Below are positions 60,932 through 64,000 of a stretch of 64,000 bases of DNA, piece after piece. The notes below the pieces were generated by a model. The model saw nothing but the letters and a program-made list of their open reading frames with translations, was not told the DNA's origin and did not search any database. Source of the stretch: a bacterium (GTDB taxonomy: Bacteria; UBA8248); contig JAJDYR010000011.1 of NCBI GenBank assembly GCA_022825065.1, forward strand, positions 42,840 to 106,839. The letters run 5' to 3'. The position numbers and the translations under genes were made by a program. Numbering within the stretch: position 1 is the first letter of the stretch; the number at the start of each line of letters is the position of its first letter.

Positions 60932-61387
60932 CGAAATATGCCCGCAATTCCCCGCATTTGCCGTACGACTCGGAATCCGGCGCTGCGGTATCGTGCGCGC
61001 GGCACAGAAAGCCGGGCTCTCCCTTTGGGCCGGGTCCGGTCCCGCACCGGATGGAGTCGATACGAAAGGACGGGAGGTTTTCCATGGAACTGAATGAGGG
61101 GTCGAGAGCGAAGGCGGCGATCTTTTCCTCGCCGGGCGGAATCGAACCGCGCCGGGAGGGGAGCCGTTCCCTCGAAACAAGGACAACGGGAAAATGGAAA
61201 TAATGATATTTTCGATAAAATTGGATAAATTCACGGGGTTTTTCGATAAATTCCTGAAAAATTTTTTCCTCGTAACTTATTGTTACAAAAGGATTTCATA
61301 TCTTAATCTTAGTGTAATGGACTCAAATATAGCGATAAAAAAAGTTTTTCGCTTCCCCCGCATTTGCCCGCAACTGCCCGCATTTCC
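60932..61387 (+). repeat. Iteron-bearing element, copy B (inverted relative to copy A at 4901-5270)
   Basis: cccgcaattccccgcatttgccgtac..., ggtatcgtgcgcgcggc, an AT-rich block gatattttcgataaaattggataaattcacggggtttttcgataaatt, and a terminal cccccgcatttgcccgcaactgcccgcatttcc. Lies just upstream of the dienelactone hydrolase gene. Confidence 0.8.
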
Positions 61388-61496
61388 TCTCGCACCGCAT
61401 AGCCGCATCGCCTCGAAACGATGTATAATCCCGCCACCGCACCGGCCGCCTGGTGCCGATCGTCATTTCATTCATTCCCAAAACCAGGAGACCGTC

Positions 61497-62384
61497 ATGG
61501 AGCGCAGGCAAGCGAGTGATTTCGACCAGGAACTGCTGGACCTCTTCGACGAGTACGTGCACGGCATCATCGGGCGCAGGGAGTTTCTCGACAAGGCGGC
61601 CAAGTTCGCCGTGGGCGGCCTCACCGCCGCCGCCCTGCTCGACATGCTCTCGCCGGACTACGCGCTGGCGAAACAGGTCGATGAGAACGACGCGCGCATC
61701 AAGGGGAAAACGATTGAGTATTCCTCGCCCAAGGGGCACGGCAAGATCAAGGGCTATCTCGTGCGGCCCGCGGGCGGGGGCAGGCGCGGCGGCGTGGTCG
61801 TCGTGCACGAGAACAGGGGGCTGAACCCCTATATCGCGGACGTCGCCCGGCGCGTGGCCGTCGCCGGCTTCACCGCGCTCGCGCCCGACGGCCTCACGCC
61901 GCTTGGCGGATACCCCGGCAACGACCCGGACGGCAAGGTCATGCAACGAAAGCTGGACAAGGCGAAGCTGCTGCAGGATTTCTTCGCCGCCTTCGATCAC
62001 CTGAAGGCCGACGCGAGCGCGAACGGAAAAGTGGGCGTCGTGGGCTTTTGCTACGGGGGCGGCGTCTCGAACGCCATGGCCGTCCACAAGCCGGACCTCG
62101 CCGCCTCGGTTCCCTTCTACGGCCGCCAGCCAAAGACCGAAGCCGAGGTCGCCGGAATCAAGGCGCCCCTGCTACTCCACTTCGGCGAATTCGACAAGCG
62201 CATCAACAAGGGCTGGCCCGCCTATGAAGCCGCGCTCAAGAAACACGGCAAGGAATACACCGCGCACTTCTATCCCAAGGCCAACCACGGCTTTCACAAC
62301 GACACGACGCCGCGCTACGACAAGGCCGCGGCCGAACTCGCCTGGAAGCGCACGATAGACTTCTTCCGGGCGAAGCTGGGATGA
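61497..62384 (+). CDS. Dienelactone hydrolase-family protein with Tat-type signal
   Basis: ATG at 61497 follows caggag. [22 protein letters not shown] (twin-Arg leader). [29 protein letters not shown] and VGFCYGG nucleophile region. Confidence 0.85.
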   Translation: MERRQASDFDQELLDLFDEYVHGIIGRREFLDKAAKFAVGGLTAAALLDMLSPDYALAKQVDENDARIKGKTIEYSSPKGHGKIKGYLVRPAGGGRRGGVVVVHENRGLNPYIADVARRVAVAGFTALAPDGLTPLGGYPGNDPDGKVMQRKLDKAKLLQDFFAAFDHLKADASANGKVGVVGFCYGGGVSNAMAVHKPDLAASVPFYGRQPKTEAEVAGIKAPLLLHFGEFDKRINKGWPAYEAALKKHGKEYTAHFYPKANHGFHNDTTPRYDKAAAELAWKRTIDFFRAKLG

Positions 62385-62408
62385 TCAATTTCGACCGTGA
62401 AAGAACTC

Positions 62409-62436
62409 GTAGGGGCGGTTCGCGAACCGCCCCTAC
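62409..62436. repeat. REP-like perfect palindrome GTAGGGGCGGTTCGCGAACCGCCCCTAC
   Basis: A 28-bp perfect inverted repeat 25 nt after the hydrolase stop. Related GTAGGG-type hairpins occur at 5528-5553, 29727-29748 and 60886-60907. Confidence 0.85.
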
Positions 62437-62505
62437 GGTATGGTCGTACTCACGACGAAATGCCCGAGAACACCCGGCACTTAACCGACGAGATACAAGA
62501 TCACC

Positions 62506-62817
62506 TCAGGCGACCCGTCCTTTATACGGAGCAAGATCAATTTCATCTTCGCGCTTGCGCGTCTGGGTGATATCGTAACTGTTCTGCATCCGCATCAGCG
62601 TGTCCATCGAGACGCCGAACGCCTTCTCGACTCTGAGCGCCATCAAAGGCGAGAGATCCGCGCGCTCGTTAAGCAGCGCGGACAGCGCGGGACGCGTGAC
62701 TCCCAAAACCCGCGCCGCTTCGGTCACCGACAACCCAAGCGGTTCGATGATCTCGCTCTTCACGAACCCGCCCGGATGAGCCGGGTTCTTCATTCGTATG
62801 CCACCCGTCGCACTCAT
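62506..62817 (-). CDS. higA: HigA-family antitoxin (XRE-type HTH)
   Basis: ...MKNPAHPGGFVKSEIIEPLGLSVTEAARVLGVTRPALSALLNERADLSPLMALRVEKAFG. ATG at complement of 62815-62817, preceded by AGGAGG. Confidence 0.85.
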   Translation of the reverse strand: MSATGGIRMKNPAHPGGFVKSEIIEPLGLSVTEAARVLGVTRPALSALLNERADLSPLMALRVEKAFGVSMDTLMRMQNSYDITQTRKREDEIDLAPYKGRVA

Positions 62818-62826
62818 AATCGCCTC

Positions 62827-63117
62827 CTAGTGATAATCCTCAAAGTTCAACTCGACGATTTCCATCTCTGTTTGATCGATCCGGAAAGTGAGCCGCCAGT
62901 TTCTTGTAACCGACAGACTCCAAACACCTTTACGGTCGCCGACAAGCTGATGCGCCCTCCAAGCCGGAACGGTTCGTAGTTCTTCCTCCCGAGCCATGTC
63001 TTGCAGGAAAGAAATGATACGCCGCAACTTCGGCACGACCGCAGGTTGGAGACCAGCCGTATTATCATCCTCTATGAATCGGCGAAGTCCTTTGTGAACC
63101 ACGCTGCGAATCTTCAT
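62827..63117 (-). CDS. higB: HigB-family toxin (plasmid maintenance system killer protein)
   Basis: Start at internal MKIRSVVHKGLRRFIEDDNTAGL...KLRRIISFLQ......L...PAWRAHQLVGDRKGVWSLSVTRNWRLTFRID...EIVELNFEDYH (ATG at complement of 63115-63117). The upstream part of track ORF 62827..63321 looks non-coding. Confidence 0.85.
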   Translation of the reverse strand: MKIRSVVHKGLRRFIEDDNTAGLQPAVVPKLRRIISFLQDMAREEELRTVPAWRAHQLVGDRKGVWSLSVTRNWRLTFRIDQTEMEIVELNFEDYH

Positions 63118-63365
63118 AGCGCAAAATACCCAAATCATTTGTTGAGCGTCAAGCAACACATTACGATACCCTGAAAACACCAATTGTCTTGGCTGAAACC
63201 AATTTCCAAAACAGTTATCAAGCCGTGATGAGTCGATTCCTTTTTTCGGAACTGGCCCCTTCCCCCTGCCCCGATCATCTGACATAATGGACGGCCATGA
63301 GGACCCTGTTCGGGCGGACATCGCTTCCGCCCGCCGTTTTCAACGAGACAGGGATTCCAAACCTC

Positions 63366-64000
63366 ATGCGCGGCCTGCCGGGAAAATTTCTTGACTTCAA
63401 CAAATCACTCTCCAGGCGTTTTGATGGAATGCTTCCCGAAGTATTCCGTGTGGACGGGCAGGCGCATTTCCGGGAAGAATTCGCGCCGCCCCACATCCCC
63501 GAGGGTGCGCTGATCTTCGAAGTGGGCGGAGGGAAACATCCCCTCCACTCCAAAGAGGAGAAGGCGAGGCGGGACCTCCGGATCATCGGCCTCGATATCG
63601 ACGAAGGAGAACTGATGCGCGCGCCATGTGGGACCTACGATGTAACCATCCGCGCCGACATCACCGCATATCGGGGACGCGAAGACGCAGACGTGGTGAT
63701 TTGCCAGGCGCTGCTCGAGCACGTCACCGACACGAATTCCGCTTTCGCAGGCCTGGCGAGTATATTGAAAAAGGACGGCGTCGCCCTCCTGTTCACGCCG
63801 TCGGAAACCTCACTCTACGCGCGGGTGAACCTCATCTTGCCTGAGAAACTCAAGCGAATTCTGCTGAGGCTTCTCTATCCCGAACTCGCGGACAAGTCCG
63901 GCTTTCCGTGCCGCTACCATCGCTGCACGTTGTCCGAATTCGAAGAAATGGCGCGCGGGCAAGGCTTCGCCGTGCTTCAGAGAAGAGCCTATTATTACAG
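63366..64000 (+). CDS. Class I SAM-dependent methyltransferase, N-terminal part (runs off the right edge)
   Basis: ATG at 63366. ...ALIFEVGGGKHP... (motif I) ...IIGLDIDEGEL....DVVICQALLEHVTD...LASILKKDGVALLF. No stop before the window end. Confidence 0.7.
   Translation, partial: MRGLPGKFLDFNKSLSRRFDGMLPEVFRVDGQAHFREEFAPPHIPEGALIFEVGGGKHPLHSKEEKARRDLRIIGLDIDEGELMRAPCGTYDVTIRADITAYRGREDADVVICQALLEHVTDTNSAFAGLASILKKDGVALLFTPSETSLYARVNLILPEKLKRILLRLLYPELADKSGFPCRYHRCTLSEFEEMARGQGFAVLQRRAYYY

Noticed and set aside
61131-61160. A tRNA-like T-arm (minus strand ggcgcggttcgattccgcccggcgagg) inside iteron element copy B, possibly a tRNA gene or an att-site remnant
   Set aside because: No matching acceptor 5' strand, D-arm or anticodon arm lies upstream. 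The stem has only 4 clean pairs, and copy A lacks the motif. This is insufficient for a tRNA or a tRNA-fragment call.

Overview
GC-rich bacterial chromosomal segment with Gram-negative features: an autotransporter, a TAXI/TRAP transporter and a Tat signal. I call about 50 protein genes. I found no rRNA, complete tRNA, CRISPR array, transposase or integrase. Most content is metabolic. This includes a GcvT-like/dimethylglycine-dehydrogenase-like pair, PrpD, GGT, TRAP-TAXI with two Gfo/Idh/MocA oxidoreductases, and a Cys-type sulfatase beside three MBL hydrolases, a HIBADH and an enolase-superfamily enzyme. Accessory material is interleaved with it. (1) A cluster of secreted eukaryote-like repeat proteins at 6.1-13.5 kb (one MORN protein and three tandem Sel1-ankyrin paralogues, two ending in FGE/SUMF1-like domains), plus a fourth Sel1-ankyrin paralogue at 36.1-37.5 kb. 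(2) A four-gene operon: PAS histidine kinase, response regulator, response-regulator-cyclase, and a SulP transporter with a cNMP-binding domain. (3) A Fic protein with an internal inhibitory motif. (4) Five or six toxin-antitoxin-like pairs sitting in lower-GC islets, two of them atypical PIN-type pairs. (5) An AhpD/CMD-like gene with an in-frame TGA exactly at the second Cys of the CxxC motif, a likely selenoprotein. The most unusual signal is non-coding. Thirteen intergenic mosaic elements share one pair of terminal inverted repeats (GGGGTTGTTGAAAAAGCC / GGCTTTTTCAACAACCCC) but carry interchangeable hairpin modules. Nine carry a C7TAC7...G7TAG7 palindrome enclosing a terminator-like hairpin plus U-tract, and in 8 of 9 cases that terminator points the same way as the upstream gene. 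Two small gene cassettes are flanked by direct repeats that duplicate the 3' end of the neighbouring gene. A roughly 400-450 bp iteron-bearing element occurs twice in inverted orientation near the two ends of the window. All functional calls come from reading motifs by eye. No database search or folding program was run.
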